Assembly: GCA_047601445.1 (NCBI GenBank) | Contig: JASGJH010000001.1 | Coordinates: 8,000,001-8,064,000, forward strand | DNA length: 64,000 nt | From: Myxococcales bacterium | Lineage (GTDB): Bacteria; Myxococcota_A; Polyangia; Polyangiales; DASUME01 | Direction: 5' to 3' | Shown: piece after piece, positions 50,628-59,879 of the stretch | How the letters are laid out: each line of letters opens with the position of its first letter | Position numbering within the stretch: position 1 is the stretch's first letter | Position numbers and translations under genes: made by a program | Notes under the pieces: generated by a model | What the model was told of the DNA's origin: nothing | What the model saw: the letters and a program-made list of their open reading frames with translations, nothing else | Databases searched by the model: none

Positions 50628-50852
50628 ATGAAGCTTGGCATTCTGTGGGTCATCACCTTAGTGCTGCTCGGTGGTTGCACGAATGAAGGCTACGTCCTGC
50701 ACCGGTCGGGCAATTCGCCAAGCAACTACATCGCTAAGTTCGATGCCCTCGACAACGCGTCACTGAACGAGCTCTCCTGCAAGGAGTTTGTGAAGTTCGT
50801 CGAGGCCATGAGCCCGGAGACGGGAAGGGTTACCTGTTCGCCAGCGCCATGA
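50628..50852 (+). CDS. Small lipoprotein
   Basis: MKLGILWVITLVLLGGC lipobox; two further Cys. Confidence 0.7.
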   Translation: MKLGILWVITLVLLGGCTNEGYVLHRSGNSPSNYIAKFDALDNASLNELSCKEFVKFVEAMSPETGRVTCSPAP

Positions 50853-50896
50853 ACCAGCGAGTCGTGCCCTCCAGAATCAAGAGCGGATGGTGAGCG

Positions 50897-51115
50897 ATGC
50901 CCCGGCTTGATAAAAAGCAACTGTCTGCAAGTGAGTACTTAACCGCCGCCGAGGCGTCGGCAGTTTTGCGAATTAGCCGGAATGCCATGTACGCGGCCCT
51001 CGGGCGCGGCGAGGTGCCTGGCCAGCTGAGGATCGGTAACCTCTACCGTATCCGGAAAGCTGCCTTGCTTCCACCGAAGGATTCCTCCGCAAGCCCAAGT
51101 CGCGAGGTTCCCTGA
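50897..51115 (+). CDS. Excisionase-like HTH protein
   Basis: YLTAAEASAVLRISRNAMY...GEVP...RIGNLYRI. Confidence 0.85.
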   Translation: MPRLDKKQLSASEYLTAAEASAVLRISRNAMYAALGRGEVPGQLRIGNLYRIRKAALLPPKDSSASPSREVP

Positions 51116-51267
51116 TGCGCAAGCCACGCGAGGTTGAGTTCGTAGGGAAACTTCCCGGGGAGCCGGGCAAGCTCACCCCGCGACAGAAGGATCTGGTTCG
51201 CTGGCTGATTCGCGAGGCGCTAGCGGCAGTCGGGCGGGAGCAAGAGACGAGCGGATCGAAGCTCTGA
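51115..51267 (+). CDS. Small hypothetical protein (50 aa)
   Basis: TGATG-coupled; MRKPREVEFVG...LTPRQKDLVRWLIREAL; below the ORF-track cutoff. Confidence 0.45.
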   Translation: MRKPREVEFVGKLPGEPGKLTPRQKDLVRWLIREALAAVGREQETSGSKL

Positions 51268-51310
51268 TCTAGCGCCTCGCGATCGGTGCACACATCGCAG
51301 CTCAGGAGGG

Positions 51311-51745
51311 GTGATGGCTGATGCGCCGAGTACCCTAGAGATTGCCTTCGCCGAACTGATCCAAGGTCTGGTAGCCGATGAGGTTGAGCGCGCATTGCAG
51401 CGGCGGATCGAGGAAATCCGCGGCCCGCAGTGGGTCTCCAAGGGCGAGGCCTGCAAACTGCTCGGCGGAATTTCTCTGCGAACCCTGGCAAGGTTCATCA
51501 GTTTGAGCCGACTGGAAACCTCCAGGATTGGAGGTCGGCTCCTTGTCTCCCGCGACAGCATTGACTGGCTCATCGAGGAAGCCCGCGAGCCCGGTGCCTG
51601 GAACAAAAGTCCTTGGCTCCGTCCGGTGCGACTGCCGGAAGTTCCGAAAGCAAGGTGGGAGCCGGCCAAGAGCACGCGCCACGTCGAGGCGGCAAAGCGT
51701 GGCTACGCGAGCTGGAAGGCTAAGCAGGAAAAGATGGACCCGTGA
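51311..51745 (+). CDS. Excisionase-like HTH protein with extensions
   Basis: WVSKGEACKLLGGISLRTLARFI...RIGGRLLVSRDSI; AGGAGG RBS. Confidence 0.75.
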   Translation: MMADAPSTLEIAFAELIQGLVADEVERALQRRIEEIRGPQWVSKGEACKLLGGISLRTLARFISLSRLETSRIGGRLLVSRDSIDWLIEEAREPGAWNKSPWLRPVRLPEVPKARWEPAKSTRHVEAAKRGYASWKAKQEKMDP

Positions 51746-51758
51746 CCTCCGATGACGG

Positions 51759-52010
51759 TCAGCTTGGGCAGGGGCCGAATTGGACAAGTAGACGGGCGAC
51801 GAGAGCGGCATCGGCCGATCGCCAGTCCTCGTCGGTCCACCGGTCCACCTTCGAATAGATCCCGCTCTGGTACTCGTGGCTCGTGCACGTCATTGCCCGG
51901 TCGGGTGGGGTCGGGCGCTCTTTGATGCCGGCAAAATCCGTCTTGAAGCTTCCCGGCTCCCAGCCGCGCGGGGTGAGGTGGTACTCGTTCCATTCGTTGC
52001 TTGCGGACAT
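51759..52010 (-). CDS. Hypothetical protein (counter-oriented moron-like gene)
   Basis: MSASNEWNEYHLTPRGW...; Trp-rich 83 aa with good GC3 bias. Confidence 0.6.
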   Translation of the reverse strand: MSASNEWNEYHLTPRGWEPGSFKTDFAGIKERPTPPDRAMTCTSHEYQSGIYSKVDRWTDEDWRSADAALVARLLVQFGPCPS

Positions 52011-52157
52011 CGGGGGGGCCTTGTGAGGGGGATATTCTCTATATGGTCGCCTCGGCGCGTCGTTGGCCACCCACGCGCCGCGCAATCAGCATGCCTCGTG
52101 CGCAGGATCGCAAAGATCTCTGCGAAGCTGCGGAGCACGCGCGAGCACTAAAGGGGC

Positions 52158-52388
52158 ATGTCGAGCACTTCAGCGAAACGCGCCCCGCTTCCAAAGCTCC
52201 TCACACCGGATGACCTGGCTGCGACTCTCGGGGTGACGAGGAAGAGCATCTACAACCGGGTCTCACGCGGGCAGATCCCGGCCGCCGTGATCATCCGCTT
52301 GGGGGAGGGCGAGCGCGCGCTGTTGCGCTTCGAGGCATCGGCTGTTACGGATTGGCTGACCAAGAAGCACGGAAGTCAGCGGGAGTAG
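52158..52388 (+). CDS. xis: Excisionase / recombination directionality factor
   Basis: LLTPDDLAATLGVTRKSIYNRVSRGQIP...LRF; immediately upstream of the integrase. Confidence 0.8.
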   Translation: MSSTSAKRAPLPKLLTPDDLAATLGVTRKSIYNRVSRGQIPAAVIIRLGEGERALLRFEASAVTDWLTKKHGSQRE

Positions 52389-52394
52389 AGTCCC

Positions 52395-53498
52395 GTGGCC
52401 TTTCGTATCCGACCCCATCGTAAGCGCGGCAAAATCGACGGCCTGGAAGTCGATATTTCGATCAAGCTGCCCGACGGCACCACTCGCCGGGAGCGGCGCC
52501 GCTCCCCGGCACCCAATCGGTCGGGAGCCGAGAAATGGGCGGCTGCCCGGGAGCGCGAGCTGTTCGCGGAAGCGCTCAAGCCTAAGCCGGTAGCCCGGCG
52601 AGATATCCCCACACTCGACGAGTTCTGGTCGCGATTCGTTTCCGACCATGTCGACGCCAACGCCCACAAGCCGAGCGGCAAGGAGTCGAAGGAGTACGGT
52701 TATCGCCGGATCCTTAGTCCGCGGCTCGGAAGTCGGCGCCTTGTCGAGATCGATGACCAGGCCGTCATCGACCTAAAGACGTGGATGCGCGCAGAAGGTC
52801 TCGCGCCGGCCACGGCGAACAACACGCTATCGCTGCTCTCGATGGTGCTCAAGGTCGCCGTGCAGTGGCGGGTCATCGACGCTATCCCGTGCAGGATTCC
52901 CAGGCTCAAGGGCGCCGCGATGCTGCCCAAGTTCTACGACTTCAAGGAGTTGGACCGTCTCGTCGTGGCTGCGCGTGGCTTGGACCCCCGGGCGGAGCTC
53001 GTGATCCTGCTGGGCGCGGACGCCGGTCTACGAGCCGGCGAGATCACTGCTCTGGAGCGCTCGCGCTGCGACACCAGGCTCGGCCAGATCCGCGTCGAGC
53101 TCTCCGAATGGAAAGGACACGTCACCCCGACCAAGGGCATGGAGTCCCGCGTTGTGCCCATGACGGCCCGCCTGCGCAAGGCGATCAAGGCGTACGACCA
53201 CGGGCAGGACTCCCCGCGGCTGCTTCTCGGTGAGCGCGGCGGAGCCAGCCACCGGGTCCTTCGGGACTGGAGCCGTAAAGCCCAGGACGCGGCGGGCCTC
53301 AAAGGAGGGAAGGGCGAGTTACATATCCTGCGCCACACCTTCTGCAGTCACCTCGCGATGAAGGGCGTGCCCGCCATCACGGTCCAGCACTTGGCGGGCC
53401 ACAAATCCTTAACCACCACGCTGAGATACATGCACTTGGCCCCGGGCGAAGCCTCGCGCGCTATCAAGATCCTCGAGTCAGCTCGGCCCAACCCGTGA
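52395..53498 (+). CDS. int: Tyrosine recombinase/integrase
   Basis: GLRAGE (R), TK, HILRHTF (HxxR), LAGH, YMH catalytic residues; adjacent to attR. Confidence 0.95.
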   Translation: MAFRIRPHRKRGKIDGLEVDISIKLPDGTTRRERRRSPAPNRSGAEKWAAARERELFAEALKPKPVARRDIPTLDEFWSRFVSDHVDANAHKPSGKESKEYGYRRILSPRLGSRRLVEIDDQAVIDLKTWMRAEGLAPATANNTLSLLSMVLKVAVQWRVIDAIPCRIPRLKGAAMLPKFYDFKELDRLVVAARGLDPRAELVILLGADAGLRAGEITALERSRCDTRLGQIRVELSEWKGHVTPTKGMESRVVPMTARLRKAIKAYDHGQDSPRLLLGERGGASHRVLRDWSRKAQDAAGLKGGKGELHILRHTFCSHLAMKGVPAITVQHLAGHKSLTTTLRYMHLAPGEASRAIKILESARPNP

Positions 53499-53519
53499 TC
53501 AAATTCGACGCGCGCGGTT

Positions 53520-53538
53520 TGGAGCCACCTTGGAGCCA
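53520..53538 (+). promoter_or_regulatory. Putative integrase arm-type sites (TGGAGCCA x2)
   Basis: TGGAGCCA-CCT-TGGAGCCA, matching 18054-18072. Confidence 0.75.
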
Positions 53539-53586
53539 GACGAGGAAGATGTTACTTTCGCCGGAGAATTGAGGCAGCGCAGCTAG

Positions 53587-53639
53587 TTTAGGTTCCGTTG
53601 TCGCAAGACGTGGAGGTTCAAGTCCTCTTCCTCGCACCA
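53587..53639 (+). other. attR: core plus displaced original 3' half of tRNA-Leu with CCA
   Basis: TTTAGGTTCCGTTG TCGCAAGACGT GGAGG TTCAAGT CCTCT TCCTCGC A CCA. Confidence 0.92.
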
Positions 53640-53830
53640 CATGAGATTCCGATGGGTTGCATGGGCGTGCTCGCGGTGAGGTTTCCCGCGGTTTGAGGAG
53701 TGCGCCGGTTCGGGATGCTCGGAGGCTCGGCCTCCGCCGTCGTTCGTGCTGCCCGAAGCGGTCCCACGGCGTCCCGTAGCGGACTGGGGCTGGCTTCTCA
53801 TTTCAGGCATGGGGTCGCAGAGTCGCTCTC

Positions 53831-55610
53831 ATGCTTACGATGGCTTGCCTGCTCTTGAACTGCTTTTCGCTTGCCCGCGTTGTTGCGCGAGGGCTCTCGC
53901 ATTCGACATCACTGGTTGCGCTTTGCATCGCCCTTGCGCTCGGCTGTGGCTCGAATCGGGACCACTCGTCTTGGCCGATGCACCGTGATGGAGGCGAGCG
54001 TCCTCCTGACCATGGCGATGGCGACACGGAACTTGGCGATGGCGACGTGGACCCGAGCGACGCAGGCGTACTGGACAGCGGAACTCAGCGTCCGGATGCC
54101 AGTCTGACGGACGCGGGGATGGGCGAGTCCGACGCAGGTTCGACTCGGGTCCACATTGCGAGCGGAGATTCTGGTGGGAAGGATCGATGCCGAAACCAGG
54201 CTCTTCTTGGCCATCCCCTATGCCGAGCCGCCGCTTGGTGAGCGCCGCCTGAGGCCGCCGGTTGCGGCGGCGCCCTGGCAAGGTACGCGCACGGCCACGG
54301 AGTACGGGCCGAGTTGTCCGCAGCCTGTGGGGGCGGTCAAAGGGGCATTGAGTGAGGACTGTCTGACGCTCAACGTGTTCGCTCCGCTCAGTCCACCGCC
54401 CGGCGGCGCCCCGGTGATGGTGTTTTTGCATGGTGGCGGCTTTGGGACGGGCGGTGCGGCGGGCTATCCCTCGCAATGGCTGAGCGCACCGACGGGCACC
54501 TTGATCGTCACGCTGAACTACCGCCTGGGCGCGTTGGGCTTTCTCGTCCATCCTGCGATCGACCAAGCGCTCGACGTGCCGTCGGGAAACATGGGGCTTC
54601 GGGATCAGCAGCTAGCGCTCGCTTGGGTGCGCGACAACATCGCCGCTTTCGGCGGTGACCCTGCGCGTGTGACGGTGTTCGGGGAGTCGGCGGGTGCTCT
54701 GAGCTCGTGTCTGCACATGTTCATGAAAGGGAGTGAGGGCTTGGCGCGCGGCTTCATCGCGGAGAGCGGGTCGTGCGTCGCGGGCTCGCTGCGGCCGACC
54801 ACGCGCGAGAAGGCCCTCGATGTCGGGGCAGCGTTCGTGGATCAACACTGCGCCTTGGCCGCCGATACGTTGCAATGTCTGCAGGAGCTACCCGTCGAGA
54901 GCTTCGTCTCGACGAGCTTCGTGGTCGCGGCGGGCGGGACGGGCACCAATACTTGGCCTCACGTCGACGGCGAGCTGATCGCCGCGCACCCGATGCAGAT
55001 GCTTCGTGCGAGGCACTTTCAAGGCTCCGCGTTCATCGCTGGCAGCAACGCACGCGAGGCCGCGTTGTACGAGCTCTACGGCTTTCCTCACGTGGGGAGT
55101 CACCTGGACCTGCTCGCCCTGCTTTACGCGTTCTATCCGGACGCATGGTCGGAGATCTACGAGCACTACAAGCACAAGGACGGTGGAGATGCCCACGAGA
55201 TCTTCATTCGAATCTTCACCGACGAACAGTTTCGTTGCCCCACTCGCGCCTGGGTGAGAGAGGCCAGCGCGCTGGGTGTCCGCCCCTATCTCTTCAGCTT
55301 CGCGGTCGCCCCAGCCGCCCACTCGCTGGAGCTCGACTACGTCTTCGGTTGGCCCACGGGCGGGGTTTCACTGTCGTTCCCTGGCGAAGCGCCGAATCCC
55401 CCGACGCCATCCGTGGTTCATACGGTGCAGACGTACTGGACGACATTCGCCAGGACCCTCGATCCCAACGACGGAACGCAACCCACCTGGCCGAGCTACG
55501 ACGCGGACAACGACTCTCACATGATCCTGACCGACCCGACGATCACGGGGACGGCCTTGTCGAGCGACGACTGTGACTTCTGGGATCAGCACTATGCGCA
55601 GGAGCTGTGA
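53831..55610 (+). CDS. Carboxylesterase type B lipoprotein, apparent +1 frameshift near 54169
   Basis: LALGC lipobox and DAG linker in frame 1; IPYAEPP, SEDCL, HGGGF, GESAG in frame 2; start uncertain. Confidence 0.8.
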
Positions 55611-55646
55611 CGCTGGGCGGGGCTGGGCGAACGATCGCCGGCACCG

Positions 55647-57218
55647 TCAACGGGCCCGCAAGTACGTGATCAGCGAATGCTTCTCCTCGTCGTCGAGGTC
55701 GGTGCAGGTCTGCATGTGTCCCGAGTCCGCGTAGCCAACTTCGCTGATCGTGGGCCGCTGCGAACCTAGACAGAACAGCGCTTCGAGCGAATCGACCGAG
55801 CCGTTGTGGAGGAAGCGTTGCATGGTCCACTCACCCACCAGGCGCGGCGCCTTGAGGCTGTGCGTGAGTTCGTCGCCAGGTCGGAAGCGCAAGTTGCAGC
55901 AGGGCATGCCCGTTTGCTCGGGGTCCGCCCACTTCTGCATTTGTGGGTCGGTGCCGAGCTCGGCGTAGCTATAGAGCTTCTTGCCGCTGCCGCGCGGACC
56001 GTCGTGACAGCTGGAGCAGGCCTTCTCGGAGAACAGTCGCGCGCCCCGCTCGACCTCGTCGGCTTTCGCGGGCGCTGGGTTTTCCGGCGGCCTCAGCGAG
56101 TAGATGTACTCCGCCAGCGGGGCGAGCTTGTCGTCGGGCCAGTCGGCGATCTTGCCGCCGCCGAGATCGACGAACTCGGCTACGAAGTTCTCGAGCGACG
56201 AGGTGCCGCCGGTGACGCCCAACATCCCGTGGTGCATGCCGCTCGCCGCGACCTCGTCGTTCGTCGGGATTCCCCACAGAGCGCTGATCTTGCTGATGGT
56301 GTGCACGCCGTCGTCGAAGGGCAGTGGCGCGATGAAGAAGTCCATCGTGCCGGCCTTCCACGAGGCGTAGTGATGCTCTGTCTCGCGCGTGAAGTTGGGG
56401 ACCGATGCGCCGCCCGTGACCAGTGGCAGAAGTGCGCTGGTGAGCGAGAGCGAAAGACCAGGGTTCGCTTGCATCACATCTAGCAACGGCTTCACCGCGG
56501 CCACGGCGTCGGGGTCGTGATCCGCCGCCGAGGCGCCCAACCCGAGCAGCGGCACCAGCATCAACGACAAGTTCTGCCGACCGTACTGGTAGTCGTGATT
56601 CGGTGCTCCGACCGCGTAGCGGCCGTCCGGTAAGCGTCCGAAATGGCAGCTCGCGCAGGTGAATGCATAGGTCTCCACGGAAGCACCGAGGATGGCTCCG
56701 GGGGCGAGCCCGAGCGGCAAGTGGGTCTCCGAGGTGGGGTCCTCGATCATGCCCAGCTTCGAGAAGCCGCCGCCGATCTGATCGGGAAAGTTGTCGATCA
56801 GAAAGTGCACGAGCGTCGCGGGGACGCCGAGGGTGCCGAACCCTTCCCAGAAGAACATGGCCTTGCCGCAGCGAAGCTTGGCGCGCCGATCGCGCGGGGC
56901 CGCGCGGTACTCGTCACAGGCCGTGGCGAGCGCGCCCTGTTCGAGCAACTCGCCCAGATCGGCCGAGACGTTGACCAAACCTTCGCTCGAGTCGGGCTGA
57001 CGAGCGAGCGGATCGACTATCTCGCCGGGCTCGCCGGCGTCGTCGTGTTGAGCGCCGTCGGGGGCGCGCGCCGCGTCGTCCTCGTCAGCATCCCCGGGAC
57101 CGGCGTCGCGTTCTGCGTTGTCGTCTCCGTCCGCGGCGCTGGGCGCCTGCGGTGTCGGCTCCTGGCCACAGGCCGCGAGCACAGTGAACAGGATCGCAAT
57201 TCGGCGCGAAGGAAACAT
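55647..57218 (-). CDS. Diheme c-type cytochrome lipoprotein (CcP/MauG/RoxA-like)
   Basis: LAAC lipobox, CASCH and CSSCH, FLHNGSV motif. Confidence 0.8.
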   Translation of the reverse strand: MFPSRRIAILFTVLAACGQEPTPQAPSAADGDDNAERDAGPGDADEDDAARAPDGAQHDDAGEPGEIVDPLARQPDSSEGLVNVSADLGELLEQGALATACDEYRAAPRDRRAKLRCGKAMFFWEGFGTLGVPATLVHFLIDNFPDQIGGGFSKLGMIEDPTSETHLPLGLAPGAILGASVETYAFTCASCHFGRLPDGRYAVGAPNHDYQYGRQNLSLMLVPLLGLGASAADHDPDAVAAVKPLLDVMQANPGLSLSLTSALLPLVTGGASVPNFTRETEHHYASWKAGTMDFFIAPLPFDDGVHTISKISALWGIPTNDEVAASGMHHGMLGVTGGTSSLENFVAEFVDLGGGKIADWPDDKLAPLAEYIYSLRPPENPAPAKADEVERGARLFSEKACSSCHDGPRGSGKKLYSYAELGTDPQMQKWADPEQTGMPCCNLRFRPGDELTHSLKAPRLVGEWTMQRFLHNGSVDSLEALFCLGSQRPTISEVGYADSGHMQTCTDLDDEEKHSLITYLRAR

Positions 57219-57368
57219 CGATCGCCCGTTGTGGCGACTTCCTGGTGCGGTGTCAATGAAGGCATGGTGAACGTTGGCCTCGACAAGGCCGCACGGTGGC
57301 TGGGCTGCGCCGACCCGGTCTGCCCGACCTGGGCCAGGCCGTCGTGGCGAGATGAATGCTTGTTCGGC

Positions 57369-57893
57369 CTAGCATTCCCTGGTGTGCCTCGGGAACTGTG
57401 CGGCTCTCTTGAGTTTCGCCTTGCGTGGAATGTAGAGCAAGCGTCGGGTCTCCGCGCAGACGAAGAACACGTCGTCGCAACCCCAGCGGCCGTGCACCTC
57501 CCCCGTGGCGCGAAGCTCACACTGAATCCTTCCGTAGTCGTCGGTCAAGACCAGAGTCCCGTCGCGTTCGCGGCGGGCGAACAGCACGTAGTGCCGTAGA
57601 TGCTGCATCACGTGCATGTCGACCGCGCTGCGGGGCGCGAGTCGGCTGCGGATCTCGCCGTACACCTGGTCCCAGTTTCTTCCTCGCTGACTGAGCAGGA
57701 AGGCTCGGAGCGGCTGCAGGTTCTCATTCAGAGACTTGCCACGGCCGAAGCCCATGCCCATCTGCTTCGGGAGCACTTGTTCGTCGTCGCGGCTCCTGGA
57801 TTTGCGGTCGAACGCGTGGCGTCGCGCTCGAAACTTCAAGGTAGCGCCATAGCGCGGTCGCTCGACCAGGATCTTGGACATGTCACTGCGCAT
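57369..57893 (-). CDS. Basic hypothetical protein coupled to prfH
   Basis: 174 aa, Arg/Lys-rich; start overlaps the prfH end with a GAGGTG RBS. Confidence 0.7.
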   Translation of the reverse strand: MRSDMSKILVERPRYGATLKFRARRHAFDRKSRSRDDEQVLPKQMGMGFGRGKSLNENLQPLRAFLLSQRGRNWDQVYGEIRSRLAPRSAVDMHVMQHLRHYVLFARRERDGTLVLTDDYGRIQCELRATGEVHGRWGCDDVFFVCAETRRLLYIPRKAKLKRAAQFPRHTREC

Positions 57894-58527
57894 CGTGCAC
57901 CTCGCTGCGGATCAAGACGTCTCCCTCGACACTCCAGATCATCACCGGTCGACCTCGCTCGACGTGGATGGCGCGCGCTCGACGTGCCGACTTGGTCGCC
58001 GCCATCCGTAGTTGCTGCTCGCGGAGCAGGGCTTGCTCCAGCACGGCCAGGGCGCGTGCTTTGTTGCGATGCTGCGAGCGTTCGCTCTCGATCCGCACCG
58101 AAATCCCGGTCGGTCGATGCGTGACGCGCACCGCGGACTCCGTGCGATTGACATGCTGACCCCCTGCTCCGCTGGCTCGGCAGGTCTCCACCACGACGTC
58201 GGCCAACTCGACCGTCGCGCGCTGCAGGGCTTCGGGTTCGTCGCAGCTGACGCTCGCGTACCAACGTTTGCGATCCCGCTTGCCACGGCGCTCGCTGGGC
58301 ATGATCAGTGCGTGGGTGCCAAGGACTCCCCGCAAGCCGCTGGCGTCCCCCGTAAACCATAGATCCACGGAGCCGGGCGCGTCTTGGGGGCCGTGCACGA
58401 CCGTGTGATCGAGGACGAGCGCCTCGCGCGCGAGCTCGCGAGCCAGCGCGGAGGACAAGAGCCGTACGAAGACACGGACTTCGATTGGGCCGGTGCCAGA
58501 CGACACCGTGACACGCAGGGCAGTCAT
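57883..58527 (-). CDS. prfH: Peptide chain release factor H
   Basis: SSGTGPIE N-terminal motif, [27 protein letters not shown]-coupled to rtcB. Confidence 0.88.
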   Translation of the reverse strand: MTALRVTVSSGTGPIEVRVFVRLLSSALARELAREALVLDHTVVHGPQDAPGSVDLWFTGDASGLRGVLGTHALIMPSERRGKRDRKRWYASVSCDEPEALQRATVELADVVVETCRASGAGGQHVNRTESAVRVTHRPTGISVRIESERSQHRNKARALAVLEQALLREQQLRMAATKSARRARAIHVERGRPVMIWSVEGDVLIRSEVHDAQ

Positions 58528-59726
58528 TTCTTCACCGTAATCAGAGGGATCAACGCAGCCACGCGCGCCGCGCTCGCCGCTTGCTCGAGGCTCTCCACGA
58601 CGGGCTCGATGGGCTTGTATGCGTCCGGGTGCTCCTCGTACATCAAGCTAGTGTCGTCGCAGATTACCCGCGACCCGAGCGCGGTGCGCGCGAGAGAAGC
58701 GCGCGTGTAGCGGTTCTTGAGCTTGGCGTGCGCATCGGAGCGTCCCATGCGCTTGCCCGCGCCGTGCGCGACGCAGCAAAGACAGGCATCGTTGCCGAGT
58801 CCTTGCATGACCCAGCTCGCGGCTCCGCGACTGCCGAGGACGACCGTGGGCTGATCGCGCTCCGCAGGAGCTGCACCCTTGCGATGCAAGAACGTGTTGT
58901 CCTGGCGTCGCTCCACGGCGTTATGGACGATGTCGAACAGACTCGCGATGCGAGCTCGGGTGCCCAACCCTGCGGCCCTTGCGAGTCGCCAGCCGGCGAG
59001 CAGTCGGTTTGTCCGTGCATAGCGAATCGCGCCGCGTAGATCGGACAAGTAGCGCTCGATCGCATCGCCAGAAAGGTTGGCGCCTGCGTAGCGAGCGTGT
59101 AGAGCCGCCCCCAGGGCGCGCGAACCCGAATGGACCATGATGACCTGAGCATCCTTGGAGAAGGCGAGCGTGCGCGCCCGCTCCTTGTCGGCAATTCGGT
59201 CTACTCGCGAGATCTCGGCGAAGTGATTGCCACCTCCGACGGTTCCGAGCTGCAGCGCATGCGCAGGCCCTGGTGGGAGGTCCCCGCTCGGCGCTTCATC
59301 GTCTTCGAACTGTTGTGCGAGCTCTGCCAGTGCCTCGGGCACTCCATCGACCCGAGCGAGCGCACGGGGGCCAAAGCGCCAGGCAACCTGCACCAGTTCC
59401 TCCGCGTCGACCTCGGGAAGGAATGGTTCGTCCCAGGCGGCCAGTACTCGGCGTTCGAGGGCATCGCCACGCGGGCCATCCTTGTGGCCCACCAGTACGA
59501 GCACGCCGCAGCCGGCGTCACCTCCGACGAGGTCTGGGAGTACCGAGCCCGCGAATAGAAACGCGGCGCCGATCGGGATGCCGCGACCCGGGTGCAGGTC
59601 AGGCATGCCCACCGCCCGCAGGCAGGGCTCGAGGGAGGCAACGCGGTGGAGCTGCTCGATCGCCTCGGACTCCATCCATACGGAGGCGTTGGCAATCAAT
59701 GAGGCGTGGGCAGGAAGGGGCGTCAT
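58524..59726 (-). CDS. rtcB: RtcB-family RNA ligase (PrfH-associated RtcB2 type)
   Basis: [47 protein letters not shown]. Confidence 0.93.
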   Translation of the reverse strand: MTPLPAHASLIANASVWMESEAIEQLHRVASLEPCLRAVGMPDLHPGRGIPIGAAFLFAGSVLPDLVGGDAGCGVLVLVGHKDGPRGDALERRVLAAWDEPFLPEVDAEELVQVAWRFGPRALARVDGVPEALAELAQQFEDDEAPSGDLPPGPAHALQLGTVGGGNHFAEISRVDRIADKERARTLAFSKDAQVIMVHSGSRALGAALHARYAGANLSGDAIERYLSDLRGAIRYARTNRLLAGWRLARAAGLGTRARIASLFDIVHNAVERRQDNTFLHRKGAAPAERDQPTVVLGSRGAASWVMQGLGNDACLCCVAHGAGKRMGRSDAHAKLKNRYTRASLARTALGSRVICDDTSLMYEEHPDAYKPIEPVVESLEQAASAARVAALIPLITVKK

Positions 59727-59759
59727 GGTCGTCGTTCTCCCGGATTCGACCGGGTCCTG

Positions 59760-59775
59760 AGCAACCCCCGTGCCA
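59760..59775 (-). promoter_or_regulatory. Sigma54 -24/-12 promoter for rtcB-prfH
   Basis: Minus strand TGGCAC-GGGGG-TTGCT matches the TGGCAC-N5-TTGC consensus just upstream of rtcB. Confidence 0.88.
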
Positions 59776-59879
59776 TCACAAAAAAGGCGCGTAAAGATGC
59801 GGCATTTCGACCGATGTGATGCATGGTGCACCATTTGGTGGATGGTGCGTTGTTCACCGTGTATGATGCGTTCTGCATC

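Larger units (their letters stand above)
17852..53600. mobile_element. Integrated podovirus-like prophage (~35.7 kb) in tRNA-Leu(TAG)
   Basis: 14-bp direct repeat TTTAGGTTCCGTTG at both ends, tyrosine integrase and Xis next to attR, terminase and virion gene block. Confidence 0.93.

Noticed and set aside
47744..53498. Separate PICI/satellite element
   Set aside because: Only one att pair is evident and it encloses the whole virion module; no internal att core copy was seen
53587..53639. Second complete tRNA-Leu gene
   Set aside because: Only the 3' half is present; the upstream sequence does not form the acceptor or anticodon stems
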